DNA of 64,000 nt from Tubulanus polymorphus (GCF_964204645.1 NC_134034.1:7886962-7950961), one strand, 5' to 3'. Positions 1 to 13,034 are shown, counted from the stretch's first letter. Notes: generated from the sequence alone by a model not told the origin. Program-made: numbers and translations.

Positions 1-44
1 ACTCATTTTTATAGTCAAAATATATGAAATTAAAAGATGCTGTT

Positions 45-263
45 TTAATCCTCTAAATCATTTTCTAAATTAACTTTTTTATTCTTTCTATTTCTGTGAT
101 TGTTTCCATTTAACTTCTTTAATTTTTTACTCAATTTATTATTTTCATTCATCAAATCTTTTGAAATATTTTCATAGTAAAAGTATAATGCCGCCAATAT
201 TAATCCTCCTGCTACAAGATAATGTTTCAAATCACTTTTCCCAGTTGGGATGAAACCATCCAT
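45..263 (-). CDS. Small single-TM protein (72 aa) of element E0
   Basis: Hydrophobic LVAGGLILAALYFYY then basic/coiled tail. Near-identical paralogue at 29035-29247, both intact. Starts at TAAATAAATG. Confidence 0.65.
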   Translation of the reverse strand: MDGFIPTGKSDLKHYLVAGGLILAALYFYYENISKDLMNENNKLSKKLKKLNGNNHRNRKNKKVNLENDLED

Positions 264-282
264 TTATTTAGGAGAAAATTTC

Positions 283-753
283 AGCTGTCTTATCATTTCA
301 ACTGTTAAACAATTTAACATTTCAACTGTTAAACAATTTAACATTTCAACTGTTAAACAATTTATCATTTCAACTGTTAAACAATTTATCATTTCAACTG
401 TTAAACAATTTATCATTTCAACTGTCTTATCATTTCAACAGTCGAACAATTTATCATTTCAACTGTCAAACAATTTATTATTTCAACTGTCAAACAATTT
501 ATCATTTCAACTGTTAAACAATTTATCATTTCAACTGTTAAACAATTTATCATTTCAACTGTCGAACAATTTATCATTTCAACTGTCAAACAATTTATTA
601 TTTCAACTGTCAAACAATTTATCATTTCAACTGTTAAACAATTTATCATTTCAACTGTTAAACAATTTATCATTTCAACTGTCAAACAATTTAACATTTC
701 AACTGTCAAACAATTTAACATTTCAACTGTTAAACAATTTATCATTTCAACAG
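283..753. repeat. 24-bp minisatellite (ATTTCAACTGTYAAACAATTTAWC), ~19 copies, with a 120-bp higher-order duplication
   Basis: Units read directly; 481-540 is identical to 601-660. Explains the 8-aa periodic ORFs 250..855 and 413..745. Confidence 0.95.
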
Positions 754-807
754 TCTATTAGATATTTAAATCATTTAACTCAATTCAATAATTATAATGT
801 AGAATTG

Positions 808-1458
808 TTACTCTTTACACCAGTTTTTATGTTTAATTGTTTCATAATGCTTTGATTTATGTGATTTTAAATATTTACCTCCGCAATAACAATGCACTTT
901 TTCATTAGGATTGAATTTTCTAAATTCATCATCTAAATTACATTGAACTGCAATATCTTTAAATGATTTTTCATTATCTAATTCACATTGAATTCCAATA
1001 TTTGATGAATTTTCATTATAGATAATTTGTTTATTATCAAAATTGAAATAATATAATTGTCTTTTTTCAATTCTTAAGTTAATCAAATCATTGTAATCTT
1101 TTGAAAGTATTATATCATCATTTCTTTCATTGAAAGGAGTTTTAAGAATATTAATTATGTTTTCATCTAAAGTTCCTTTAAAATTTAAAACTGTATTGAA
1201 TATTTTAGGATTTTTAACGCCATTATCAAAAGTATCTACTAGTTCAGTAATTAAATATGTTTCATTTGATGATAATTGATTAATCATAGTAATATTATCG
1301 ATTTTATAATACCTTGCGGACACTAAATTTGTTGCTGAAATATAATTTTTAATGTAAAACTGTGAAAATGATTTATTGGTTTCATTGATTTCGATTTTAA
1401 AGTTGGGTTCTTCTTCTTCTTTCTTCATTTTTATAACAAAATTTTTATTAAAACTCAT
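808..1458 (-). CDS. Unknown protein with C-terminal CxC...H...H zinc-finger-like motif (likely start 1428)
   Basis: C-terminus EKSFKDIAVQCNLD...PNEKVHCYCGGKYLKSHKSKHYETIKH matches EKSFEDVGIQCNLD...PNEKVLCNCGKYYTRSNKSHHLKSKYH of 28416-28991. Confidence 0.65.
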   Translation of the reverse strand: MSFNKNFVIKMKKEEEEPNFKIEINETNKSFSQFYIKNYISATNLVSARYYKIDNITMINQLSSNETYLITELVDTFDNGVKNPKIFNTVLNFKGTLDENIINILKTPFNERNDDIILSKDYNDLINLRIEKRQLYYFNFDNKQIIYNENSSNIGIQCELDNEKSFKDIAVQCNLDDEFRKFNPNEKVHCYCGGKYLKSHKSKHYETIKHKNWCKE

Positions 1459-2338
1459 TCAAATATAAATATTCACTGTTTTAAATATGAATTATTTCAC
1501 TCACACTTTACTCACACTTTTAATGTTTAAAAATCTAACTCATACAAATATAAATATTGAAATATGTTTAAAATATAAACCATTTCACTCACACTTTACT
1601 CACACTTTCTTCTAGTGAGTAGAAAATGGAAAATAAATTCGAGTGTGTGAGAATTTATTTTTCATTTTTATGAGTTTTGCGACTAATTCAAGTAGAAATT
1701 GTTGTTATTTTAACATTTTGGAAAATTTCTCGGGCTCGACCTTTCGACCTTTGGTATGAAAGCCTATTACCCCTATTACTCCTACTACAGTGTCTGCACC
1801 AATGGGCCGGGACAAGCTGCGGGAAGCTATATCAAAACGACGAGGGGTGGATTATGGGTGTCCTCAATTGACGAGTAACAGCACCCAAATTAAACAATGA
1901 ATACCGAATAAAGTATATGATGATATCGCTTTATTTTACGAAAAACTACCTTTCCATTCCGGTTTCTTTCCAAAACGGAAGCGTGTTCACAAAAATTACA
2001 AAAGAAGAGGGCGCCACAATACAGTGTTAACATCCAGTGGAGCCACCCTATCACACTTTCCCCGGGACACGAAAATATCGTCCCCGATATCTGTCCGTAT
2101 GGTAAATATATTACATAACGTTCCTGCACACATAAAGCAAGCCAACATACAAATTGACAGGCGACAATTATATACGCTCTAAGCATACACAAAACTACTG
2201 GACTGAGGGTGAAAAATACCCTAGAATCAACTAATATCATCCCTTTTTTCCTAAAAATTTTGCGATTTTTTCTAAAATATATATACACAATATATCATAC
2301 AGCTTCGAACAAACGTTTTTAACAGCGACATACGGATT

Positions 2339-5300
2339 TCAGAATATGCCGATATGAGTCACCTGGTAATCCTCGAAACGCATCGGCATTCTCCTTGTAC
2401 GGCCCGATCGCCTGGGCGCTGGTTCATCACTGTGATGCTCTGTTTCAACTTCCATCTCCACGGGTTCGTCAATAACCTCTCCGGAAACCTCTGAACTAAA
2501 TGGTCTTTCGTCACTGGATGTCGGCGGCAACTCAGCTATCGGGTATGCCGGAGATTCTGGAACCGGTGTATTATCCAGAGTATTAATTGAGGGTCCTTCA
2601 TTCGACGTACCCGTAGAACTTGTAGATTCACTTCCTGGGTGTTCTACTGTGGTTCCTGCATCCTGGTTTACTAATACTACTTCACTTCCTTGATCTATCG
2701 TTGACTCTCTGGGGATCTGTAGGATGACGTCGGAAACACTTTCTTCATCTGAAACATCGATAGTCGGTTCATCAACAAGATCCTTGGTGTCTCGTTGTGG
2801 AGGTGACTCCGGTAACTTCACCTGTCTTGGTCTCTTATGATCTCTTGTCATCTCCTCACAATCCCTCAAAGGGAAGGCTAGTAAATGCAGCATATTTCAG
2901 TGAAGCGTACGCTTCTTCTTTGAATTTCTCCCCTCGATGACATAAACTGGAAAGTCCTCATCCGGTCGAGCTACAACTACAAATTCCTCATTCCCCCACT
3001 TGTTGGACAACTTTCCTTGAGCCTTTGGTCCCGTGTTACGTACTAATACTCTGTCCCAATGTTGATTGCACCGCCTTTTATTTGGTGATCATAGTATAAG
3101 CCGGATCTATCAGCCGCAGATACCATGTGTCGACGGGCTATCTCATGAGCTTGTTGGATTTCCTCTTGCAGATTTTCTCCAAATTTAGTCCTGCACCTCA
3201 ATTTGTCTAATTGGAATATCCTATCGAGTTGTAACGTAGGCTCACGCCCAAACAGCAATCTATATGGTGAATATCCTGTAGTACGGTGAGGTGTATTATT
3301 GTATTGCCAGACGACCGTATTTAGATGTTTACACCATTTCCCTTTTTGATCTTCAGCGAGTAGCAAAAGTCTGCTCCGAAGGGTCTGGTTCATCTTCTCG
3401 ACACATCCATTTCCCTCCAGATGATACGGAGACGATCTGCTTTTTTTCCATACCCAGCATGGTAGAATAACTCCTTCAACACCAGACTTTCAAAGTTTCT
3501 CCCCTGGTTGCTGTGCAGTTTCTTCGGTATACCGTACCGGACAATAAACTGACTATAAATCGATCTCGCAGTTGTTGTTGCCAGCAGATTTTTCGTTGGA
3601 ATTACGACTGAGAACTTGGAGAAGTGGTCCGTTAAGACGAGTAAGTTCTCGAATCCTGCGGATGGTTCAAGTTTAAGGAAATCCATACAGAGAAGTTCCA
3701 AGGGTTCACCCGTGAGAATGGATTCCAATGGTGCTCGATCTGCAGTAGCTCAGTTCACTACACATCTACGACACGTATTACAATACTGCTCCACGTCGGA
3801 AAACATACCTGGCCACAGAAATCGTGAGTTAACGACAGTCCGCGTCTTGTCTCTACCAATGTGGCCGAGTCTGTCATGGGCCCAGTGGAGTATGAGTTCT
3901 ATTTTATGGTAAGGTATCAACACTTGGTGAACGGGACCGCCTTCAACATTTTTCTTCCGAGTCAGTATTCCATCCTGCACTTCCAAGGAAGACAGGTATT
4001 TGACATAGCGCTGTTCCCAGCGATTCGCAAGACAGAACTTCTTGTTCTTCATGACGCATTCTTTCAACTTGCAAATAGTTTCGTCACGCTCCTGTAGCTC
4101 AATGATGTCCTCCGCCGGTAATTGAACGACTTGGAGACTCTCAGTCTGTGCAGCACAGCATACAGGTCTAGAAGTAGAAGCCGATGCACATACTGCCTGT
4201 ATTACATCTTGATTTACCTTACGACTTAGAATGTCTGCGTCTGTCATGTTTTATTCCAGGAGTGTACACAATGTCCAGTTTGTAAACGGACAGCGATTGG
4301 AGCCAACGGTGGCTGGCGGCGTCTAATTTTGCTACTTTTAGCACATGAGTGAGGGGGTTATTATCCGTTTCAAAGGTGCATGACTGTCCGTACAGGTATT
4401 CATGGAAGACCTCTGTTACCGCCCATTTAAGGGCCAGGAACTCTAATTTGTGGACCGGGTAGTTGACTTCCGCGTTTTTTAAACTTCTGCTGGCGTAGCC
4501 TATCACCCTTCGTTTTGCTTCTTGTTCCTGGTAGAGAATTGCTCCTAATCCGGATCCGCTTGCGTTGCATCGGAGTAAGAATGGTTTATCGTAGTCGGCA
4601 AATCCGAGGATTGGAGGATTTACAAGATTGTTTTTCAATGTCTCAAAAGCCTTCATTTCCAATTCACCCCACTGGACCATTACGTCTTTTCCTTTGACGT
4701 TCCGTTTAGGAAGACCTTTCAGCTGTTCGGTGAACGGTTTTGCCACATTAGCAAAATCTCTAACATATCTTCTGTAGAATCCACTGAATCCGAGAAATTT
4801 TCTCAGACCCTCGATCGTATCTGGAGGTTCCCAATTCCTAATGGTCTCTGTCTTGGCAGGATCCGTTTCAATGCCCTTTTCTGACACTTTATGTCCAGGG
4901 AAAATCACGTCGGGCTGCATGAAGGAACATTTTGAAGCCTTGACATTCAGGCCAGCTTTCCATAGTCTTTTCAGTACTTCGTGTAATCGCTCAGCAGCTG
5001 CTTGGCCCCCCTTAGCGAAAATAATTATATCTTTTAAGAGCTCCCGCTCCTCATCACCTTTGGCACTAGCTAACTTGACACTCTCCAGAAATTCCTCATC
5101 AGTTAATACCTGTCTTCGGTCATCTCCCTTGTTATTTGATTCCGCTTCAATCGGCACTTCTTCGACCGACGATGCTTGGCAAATGATCGACTTAGCCGGA
5201 ATGGTGACGTCCCTGTCTGTAAAATTTCGCACTTGTATTCCCACACGACTACACTGAACTTTAGAGACTTTGGATAATGTGGGCATAACACTAAGTCCAT

Positions 5301-7130
5301 CTAGGCGGGCTTTGTCCGTCATCACCAATCCTTCCATATTTCTAACTAGCCCACGGATAGTAGATTCCGCGCCTGCAGGTATAATTACCGCAGACGTAGT
5401 TTTCACCAAGTTCAGACTTTCCTGTCTCCGATGAACCCCTGGAACTTTTAAATAGTCCAAGACATAAGTCCCAATGAGTAGTGGAACCTTTTCATGATAC
5501 TCGGTTGGTTCTACGACGAACGCTATTATGGCTAAATCATCCACACCATCACGGTAATCGAGCTCCGCTATACCTTCATAAGGGAGTATTGAGTATCTCA
5601 TCACCAGCTACTGTGCTCAATTCCACCGGCAGGGCTAAGTCTTCAACTGGATGAATCTCAACACTATGATGGTGTTATTGCAGATATCTCTTAGAAACAG
5701 TAGATACGGGGGAACCACTATCTTGGAGTGACATGCATGGTTGGTTCTGTATGTACACGAGCTTTTCGCGGCGTGGACCTACTAGTTGCGTCTTGGGTTT
5801 CTGGAGGCTGTCTCCATTTTCCGCCTGGCCCCGCCTCCCTGACCAGGTTCCTCTGCGTTTTCCGGACACTGAGCTTTCATGTGTCCTTTTACTCCACACC
5901 TGTAACATGTTCTTTCTTCCACCGGAACCGTGGGAGGTCGGTTCTGTGGACCACCATTCCTCCACCTCGATGGTCTCCAGGTCCGTTGCTCTAGTTCCAG
6001 TCTCATTTTGTTCATTTCTCCTTCCATCTTCCGAAGTTTGTTAAGGATCATTTGCATCTCTTCCGATTTGGTTGTTTCGTTTACCTTGGTCTCGTTTACG
6101 AAAGTTTTCCTTTTATTCCGAGGTGATCTACTCTGCCTCATGGCCATGGGTGATTCGCTTTCAACTTTCCGGGCCATGGTTACTAGTTTCCTGAAGTTGT
6201 ACTCCTTTTCTTTGTACAGGCGGGTGGCCGCTTTCCCTTCTATAATTGACAGGCCTCTCCAGAACTGTATTTTAGCATATCGTCAGTCACCGGCACGGAG
6301 CCTCCCCCAGTAGCTTTTATTTTTGCAGCAATCTCCTCACGACTACTAGCATATATAGCAATGTTTTCGTCCTCTAGTTGTATGCACTGGTGAAACTTCA
6401 CGAAAATCTCCTCAGGGTCTAAAACTTCCCCGTACATCAGCTCCATCTTGTCTAGAATTCTCATAGGTGTCAACTCATCTTCGTCCTGGTATAAGTTAGT
6501 CAACACTCATAAAGCTGCTCCTCTTAAAGATGAACGGATCGCACGGAGGCACGTCAACTCGCTGAGTGTGGTGTCCTTTATTAACCCTCTCACTTCCTGC
6601 TTCCATTGGATATAGGAGATTTCTCCCTTAGCTTCCACCCCAGAGAAGATGCCAATCCTGGTATTCTGAAGAGCCACTGCGGTTATCCCTTCAGCTGCTT
6701 TTACTGGTGACTTTGGTGAGGGCGATTCTTGTTCACCATAATTTAATTCAGCTTTCACTTTACGAGTGCTGCGGAAACTCTACTTTGCGCCCCCGGTTTC
6801 ATGGCACTGAAACTCTTTACCATCAGGTCGACCATCGAATTATCCTAAGCTGTGCCCACCATATCTACCAAGAACTCTTCTTGTGACGGATCCAAAGGCA
6901 ACACACGAAAGGTAATTAAAACGTCTGCGACATTCACACTTTTACCATGGGCTTTAAGGGCCATGTTCGAAGACCCCGCATGTTTGAATACCAGAAAAAC
7001 TCCTTCCGGTACTTCTTTTATGGCTATAACTTTCCCACATTTCCTGAAGTATTCAGCGCAGTCGTCAGCTTGATGAGTTGTATGTATTATGATTGTGCGC
7101 CACCTGCATTTTCCGAAATAATGTTCATAT
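2339..7130 (-). mobile_element. Decayed Ty3/Gypsy LTR retrotransposon internal region (PNMA-like gag, protease, RT remnant, RNase H, integrase)
   Basis: Gag FSGVEAKGEISYIQWKQEV and CYRCGVKGHMKAQC knuckle; protease DSGS; FLGFSGFYRRYV; RNase H YASRSL..LEFLALKWAV..TDNNPL; integrase HDRLGH..CNTC, MDFLK, SNQGRNFES, YNNTPH. Many frameshifts; LTRs not resolved. Confidence 0.92.
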
Positions 7131-8352
7131 AATTATTTGAAGGGACGATTGAACTCAATTATCAACGTACATCTGAATATGTAATAGACGGACGCCGGGC
7201 GCCGAAGGCGCCCGGAGGACGTCCCTTTGGTAAACGCGTATATGTGGATACTACGAAGTGTCTTCTTAACCGATTCTGACTAGCTGACAAAGTCAGAAAA
7301 AATGACGTCAGTTGACGTCCGGTTTGAAGTTCATGGGGAAATCGGAAGTAGAATTACGTCACGCTAAAATCCGGCAGCCCATTAACTAAAATCAGGCAAT
7401 TTATGGATAGGGTTATTTCAGAGTTTATTTATTTCATGAAATTTCGAACAAGATTGGGTCGATGAATAGTTTAACAATGAACCGCGTTGATCGATCGAGT
7501 TCGAAAATAGCTGAAATCCCCTTAGCAACGGGAGCGAATTCATAATAAACAAACGACGCGCCGGCCGCGGCCCGGTGCCACGCGGTTCGGCGCGCAGGTT
7601 CGAATCCCGGAGAATTACGCTCTCTCGCGCGCAGCTGTCATTCCCAGCGGCAGCACTGAAATACACTTTTTTAATCAAAAGTAACGACCCTAAAAACTGC
7701 GGTGAGAGTCGCGTTAGAGTCGTAAAATTTCTCGGCCAGCGCGGCGGCGGATCGGCACGGCGTAGTCTCGCTCTCGAGCAGCAGCAACATCGCGGTCGGC
7801 AAAAACATTAGTCTCCGCCCCTTCTTCACCAAATAAGGAATTCGCAACCGCTGGCCGCGTGCACTGCTTATTTTGAACCGTATTCCCGGCGGATTAGAAA
7901 GAAATTTTTCGCAAGAGAAATCAATTTTCGTACTGACATTCGCATTTCCTGCTAATTCGAGTTTTTTCTAGCAGAAAATAATTTTCCGATTTGTGCGTTT
8001 CAAACGCGTATTCGATTTTTTTTCTTTTTGAAGGTAATTAAGAAATGCGTTGGTAATCTTCTCATCTTCCTTTTATTTCCAAATGGAGCTAATTTCTAAA
8101 TTAACTACCAGGTCAAAATTCTTCAATATTGCAAAAACCCCTCTCAGTTTCCACCATAGAAATGTCATTGGTAACGGGTTTCACAAAGAGTTTTAAACCA
8201 TTAAAAAATGACACTTTATCTAAACCGAAAGAATAATCTTTTTAGCAGACAGTGGTACCGAGACCTGATTTATAAGAAATTTTTCAAGTTTTTTTTCTCG
8301 CAAAAATTAAAATATTAAATTTCATTTGATCTTATAATATAGAATTATGAGG

Positions 8353-8416
8353 TTTGATTCATTTCTGAAATTTGGGCTTCTAATATATCAAGCCCAAATT
8401 TCAGAAATGAATCAAA
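8353..8416. repeat. Perfect 27-bp inverted repeat with 10-nt loop
   Basis: TTTGATTCATTTCTGAAATTTGGGCTT ... AAGCCCAAATTTCAGAAATGAATCAAA. Confidence 0.9.
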
Positions 8417-11400
8417 ACTTACAGTTACAGAGTTACAGTTTCATCTTCTTTCTTCCCACCCCTTAACTCGAGCATTAATTTTAAATTTTCCAAGTTTTGA
8501 CTAAGAATTGATTTAATTTCTTCATTAATTCATTGCTTTGGGTTCAACTACAGTACAATTTCAATATGAAATATTGGAGTTGATTCTCTTTCCAGTTTCA
8601 TTAACAACATTTAAGTGTGCTCCTTGTCACTGACAATATTTTGAGTGTTTTCGACTTCGTTACCCCGTACTTGAGGTTGTTTTCCAGTATGGAATTACAC
8701 AACGACAATTGGCTTTAAACTCAACAAACATTATTAAAGAATGTTTCAAACAAAATGCTTTATATAACGACATGAATAAACTTGTTTTACAAAACAAGAA
8801 AGTACATTTTGAACTTTTGAATGGTCGAATCCCATTTATTCACAGTAACCTGTGATGTGGCGATTCTCGGAGCCCTCCTTCTTGATGACGTCACTAACAA
8901 GTGGTCACGGCCGTACGCGTGCACTCATTTCTTTGAAAATCTAGCTTCCCCGCGCAGCGGGACCTGGTGACGCTGCGCCCCGCCCCCTTCGCGCTAAGAA
9001 ATATCTTATTCCCAGTCAGCAGAGACAGGTTCTAAAGATCACAGAGTGCATCGCTGGAGGGTTTCCGATCCATATAATTGAATTTGAATTGGTGCGGTGG
9101 CGCTCTCAATGCGGAAGATTTTGTCATTCGGAATTTTTCATTCGGCGACGGACGTTTATCGTTGTAAGTGATGTAATATGTAAAAAAATACAGGGAAACC
9201 TATCTCAATTTGTTTTTAGCGATGCAATGCAGCGGAACTAATAAGGAACATTTTTATATATAACATGACCATAGTACACTATCCTTGATGGAATAATAAG
9301 CTCCACTCGACAAACTCGTTCCCGTGCATTTTTATCTCTGTTTAAGCACACACACACACAGCCCCTCTACCTACCATCAATGTCTAACCCCTGTTCGACC
9401 AACTGCGGGCGTTCGAAACATAAGCCTAATTGTAAAAGATAAGCATTAATCTAAGTTAATGCTGCATCTTAATCATAAAACCTTAGAAAGATTATTCTAT
9501 TATTTAGGCCTATTCAAATTTTCTGTCACCTACAACCACGTGGAAAAAAGACACAGTCAAAATTGTGCATCACGCTTTGACGAAGAAATTGGTTCTAGGC
9601 TATAAATTTTACGACTCAAACGAATCTTTTCCTCAACAAAGCCGCTTTTAATTTGATGCAAAATGTCATTTGCTTTTAAAATGTGTAACTAGGCCTAATC
9701 AAAAGGATATTTCAAAAGCAAACTTTGCCGGGCCAAGAGCCATATTGAATTCAATTTTTTCCGAACCAATATGCCTCTTTCATCGTAACATTATTTATCC
9801 TATTTCAAGATCTTAGGCCTACAAGTAGAGAGAGGGCCTATGTCGGGTTCAAATCGGAATTTTTTAAGATTTATTTCATTTAATTCCAGTTTTTCACTGT
9901 AGATTATCAAAGACATGTGGCGTTGTGGGAGTTCATAGTTGTTTGATAATCCATCATTTGTAAGTGTAAAGCTATTTGAGGGATTCGAAACAGACATTTT
10001 GTAAATTTTGTAGCTTTATTACGTTTAATTCCAGATGTTTATCATGACACGTTTCATTTTGGGGGTTTGTCAGCGAATTGGTATGCTGTCGGCAGAAGTA
10101 GTTTGATAATTCGTTTCATGTAAGTAAACAGCTATTTGAAGGATTCGAAACCGAAATCTGTATTGTGAATTTTTTAGTTGTATTTTTTTTTTGATTCTCG
10201 GTGAATAGGACATGATTCATTTTGGGAGTTTGTCCGCGAGTTTGTATACTGTCAAATGAAGTTTCTTCGTCAATTTGTCTTATGTAAGTATCAATCTATA
10301 GGTTATTATTAGGGGTTCGATACAGAAATTTGGTGAATTCCTCAGATTTATTTTAATTTATTCCAGGTTGTCATCAGAAAAATATGTACTCTATTTCATA
10401 GGTTGGTCTTTGATTCAAAACTAAAAATGGATGATAGTTCTAAATGACCAATCTAGTAAGTATGGCTCACTCGTCTTTTAGAATAAGAGACCTATTGCAT
10501 TAATCCTTCAATTCAAGTTGCTATACAACCTTTTATACAGATATTTACCTTATCAATATAAACATGTATTTGCCATTAGCCATACAATTCAGTAAAACTT
10601 TTCCCGTCCAGATTTTGAAACATCATTTGACTCAATTTTTCCTCCTGGCAAATTGCTTTAGCTCATTCCAATGTTCGCAGTAAAAGTGAATTGTAGCATG
10701 TATGATTACCATCCATCAATTTTGTCTTGTTTCGTATTTTTAGCGAAAATCTCGAAAAAGTCTGACGTCGAGGCAGGTGGTGGCCAGAAAAAGGTATATT
10801 CTTGGGAAATATTTAAAGACGCATGGCAAACACACTTATTGTTCACTTTTTTCCTATCCTTATTTTGAAATTGAAGTATTGTAATAAACTATTGATTTAT
10901 TTTTGTTGATCAACGCAACTAATTTTTGTTGTTTTCTTTCTTAATTTACATTTGAATTGGATGGTCATCTTGCGTAAGAGTTAGTTTGTCATCGAAGCAA
11001 TACAGTCTAACTTGTTGACGTCTCAGATGCAGCGGGGTAGGGCGGTCGTTATATTGTGGACTTATCCAAATTACACTTACACAGCCCAACGTGTTTCAGT
11101 GTGTAAACTCTGTCGTACTCGGCATTATAAGACAATGAGGAATTGAGTTTTAGTCACCTGAGCCCTCGGCTTGATTCGAAAAAAAGACCTTAACTGACTT
11201 CACAGAATTTGATTATGAGTCAAGGATTTTCTAAATTTCTGAATGCTTTCTCTGGTTTTAAGATCAATTCAAATTCAATCTTCAAAATATTTTATTGAAA
11301 TTAATCTACTGAAGACAGATTTTGAAATGAAGGATATATCCAGGCAAATAATTACAGCAAAATCAACTGATGATCATGAAGGTGAAGTTTTCATTCATCT

Positions 11401-11720
11401 TCGGCTAATTTGTCTACCCCTGATGATTGAAGCATTTTGGTTACTCGCGCCAATTAGTCAGCCAGAGTTGATTTTCATGCCATCTGACCTCTTTCCATCT
11501 GTAATTAAGCAATCAAATGTAAGAATTACTTAGGTAAGGAGCGAAATAATATATAGATATCTTAGGAGACTATTTGAAATCATGAGTTTGTTGTGAAAAT
11601 CTATTACTACAGTCTCGTAGAGCATAGACACCAAGCCACGTGGCATTGGTATTTTAAGGGCTATTCAGTTTACTCCAAAAATAGGTCAATGATTAACATT
11701 AAAAAGCTTCATATCAAGGG

Positions 11721-12541
11721 TATGTCGCAGGACTCGTGACGCCCATGAATTATCATCCCATAATTACAATGAATCCAATTCTGCATGTACGTTAGCACGA
11801 CTGATTACTAATCCAAATATTGCATTACAAAAAAACAATTACGCAAAACGTCAAGTACTTACAGCATCTGAGACAGTTGCGCTTCAGTTAGAGAGTTAAG
11901 TTACGTCTTTGGCTGTCAATGTCGAAAAAGCCTAATTTGAAACATACATTTGCGCACTGTATTCCTTCAAGAATCCGCAAAGGAATTGAAGATCGTAGTG
12001 ACCAGTTCATTCCACGAATAATAGCTGGAAAGAAAGTAATCAAAATAAATTGTCATGCACATTCAGTGTAAACCAGGCCATAACTAGCTGCTATTAAGGA
12101 ATTCCACTGACTGGCTCTACCCATTATATTATATGTCGCAGGACTCGTGACGCCCATGAATTATCATCTTATAATTACAATGAATCCAATTCTGCATGTA
12201 CGTTAGCACGACTGATTACTAATCCAAATATTGCATTACAAAAAAACAATTACGCAAAACGTCAAGTACTTACAGCATCTGAGACAGTTGCGCTTCAGTT
12301 AGAGTGTTAAGTTACGTCTTTGGCTGTCAATGTCGAAAAAGCCTAATTTGAAACATACATTTGCGCACTGTATTCCTTCAAGAATCCGCAAAGGAATTGA
12401 AGATCGTAGTGACCAGTTCATTCCACGAATAATAGCTGGAAAGAAAGTAATCAAAATAAATTGTCATGCACATTCAGTGTAAACCAGGCCATAACTAGCT
12501 GCTATTAAGGAATTCCACTGACTGGCTCTACCCATTATATT
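11721..12541. repeat. Tandem direct duplication, 2 x ~411 bp, nearly identical
   Basis: TATGTCGCAGGACTCGTGACG... starts at 11721 and 12132; both copies end CCCATTATATT; only ~3 substitutions seen. Confidence 0.95.
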
Positions 12542-13034
12542 TAGGGCCTAAATCTATTCTAGGCGCATTCCCCAAAAAAGCTAGGCATTAAGTAAGTAGC
12601 TAACAATGATCATTGCTTCACCGAGTAGGCCCACTCATTTGCTACCACACTCATATTATTAAAGAAATCATTTAATACATTCCCTGGTTCACGGATTCTC
12701 ACCTTAAAATACATAAACTCCGCTGTCGTTGTTATCGATCCGAGTCGTCAACTGAACGCAGAAGTAAAATTCCGTGTGAAAATTCCGACAATTTCTGTCC
12801 ATATCACGTTGATTTGAGCCCGAAATCTTCAGGAAATGTAGCCAACGTAAATTGATTTACGAATAGAATTAATCAATTGACTCATTTTAGAAATCATGGT
12901 TTCGTGAAATTCATTAAAGTCCTAAAACTCGCGATAAATTTAAGCCGAAAATGATTTCAACCATCCACCATGTTGTTTCATTAATAAAACAATTGTTGCG
13001 CGCCGGCGCTGTACTGCGATAATGCATGGTTTCA

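Larger units (their letters stand above)
1..1780 (-). mobile_element. Right-hand end of a Polinton-like (pPolB family) element, E0, continuing off the window start
   Basis: Ends in TCGACCTTTCGACCTTTGGTATGAAAGCCTATTACCCCTATTACT (1736-1780; end could extend to ~1788), the same motif as the termini at 30476, 31128 and 60090. Carries homologues of the 28416-29513 ORFs in the same order and the same AAAATAAATTC-GAGTGTGYGA-GAATTTATTTT stem-loop. Confidence 0.75.

Noticed and set aside
283-753. CRISPR-like array, or real proteins from ORFs 250..855 and 413..745
   Set aside because: Units are contiguous with no unique spacers and no cas genes; ORFs are by-products of a stop-free 24-bp period.
1790-2338. 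3' LTR of the first Gypsy
   Set aside because: No matching second LTR, PPT or TG..CA boundaries could be identified.
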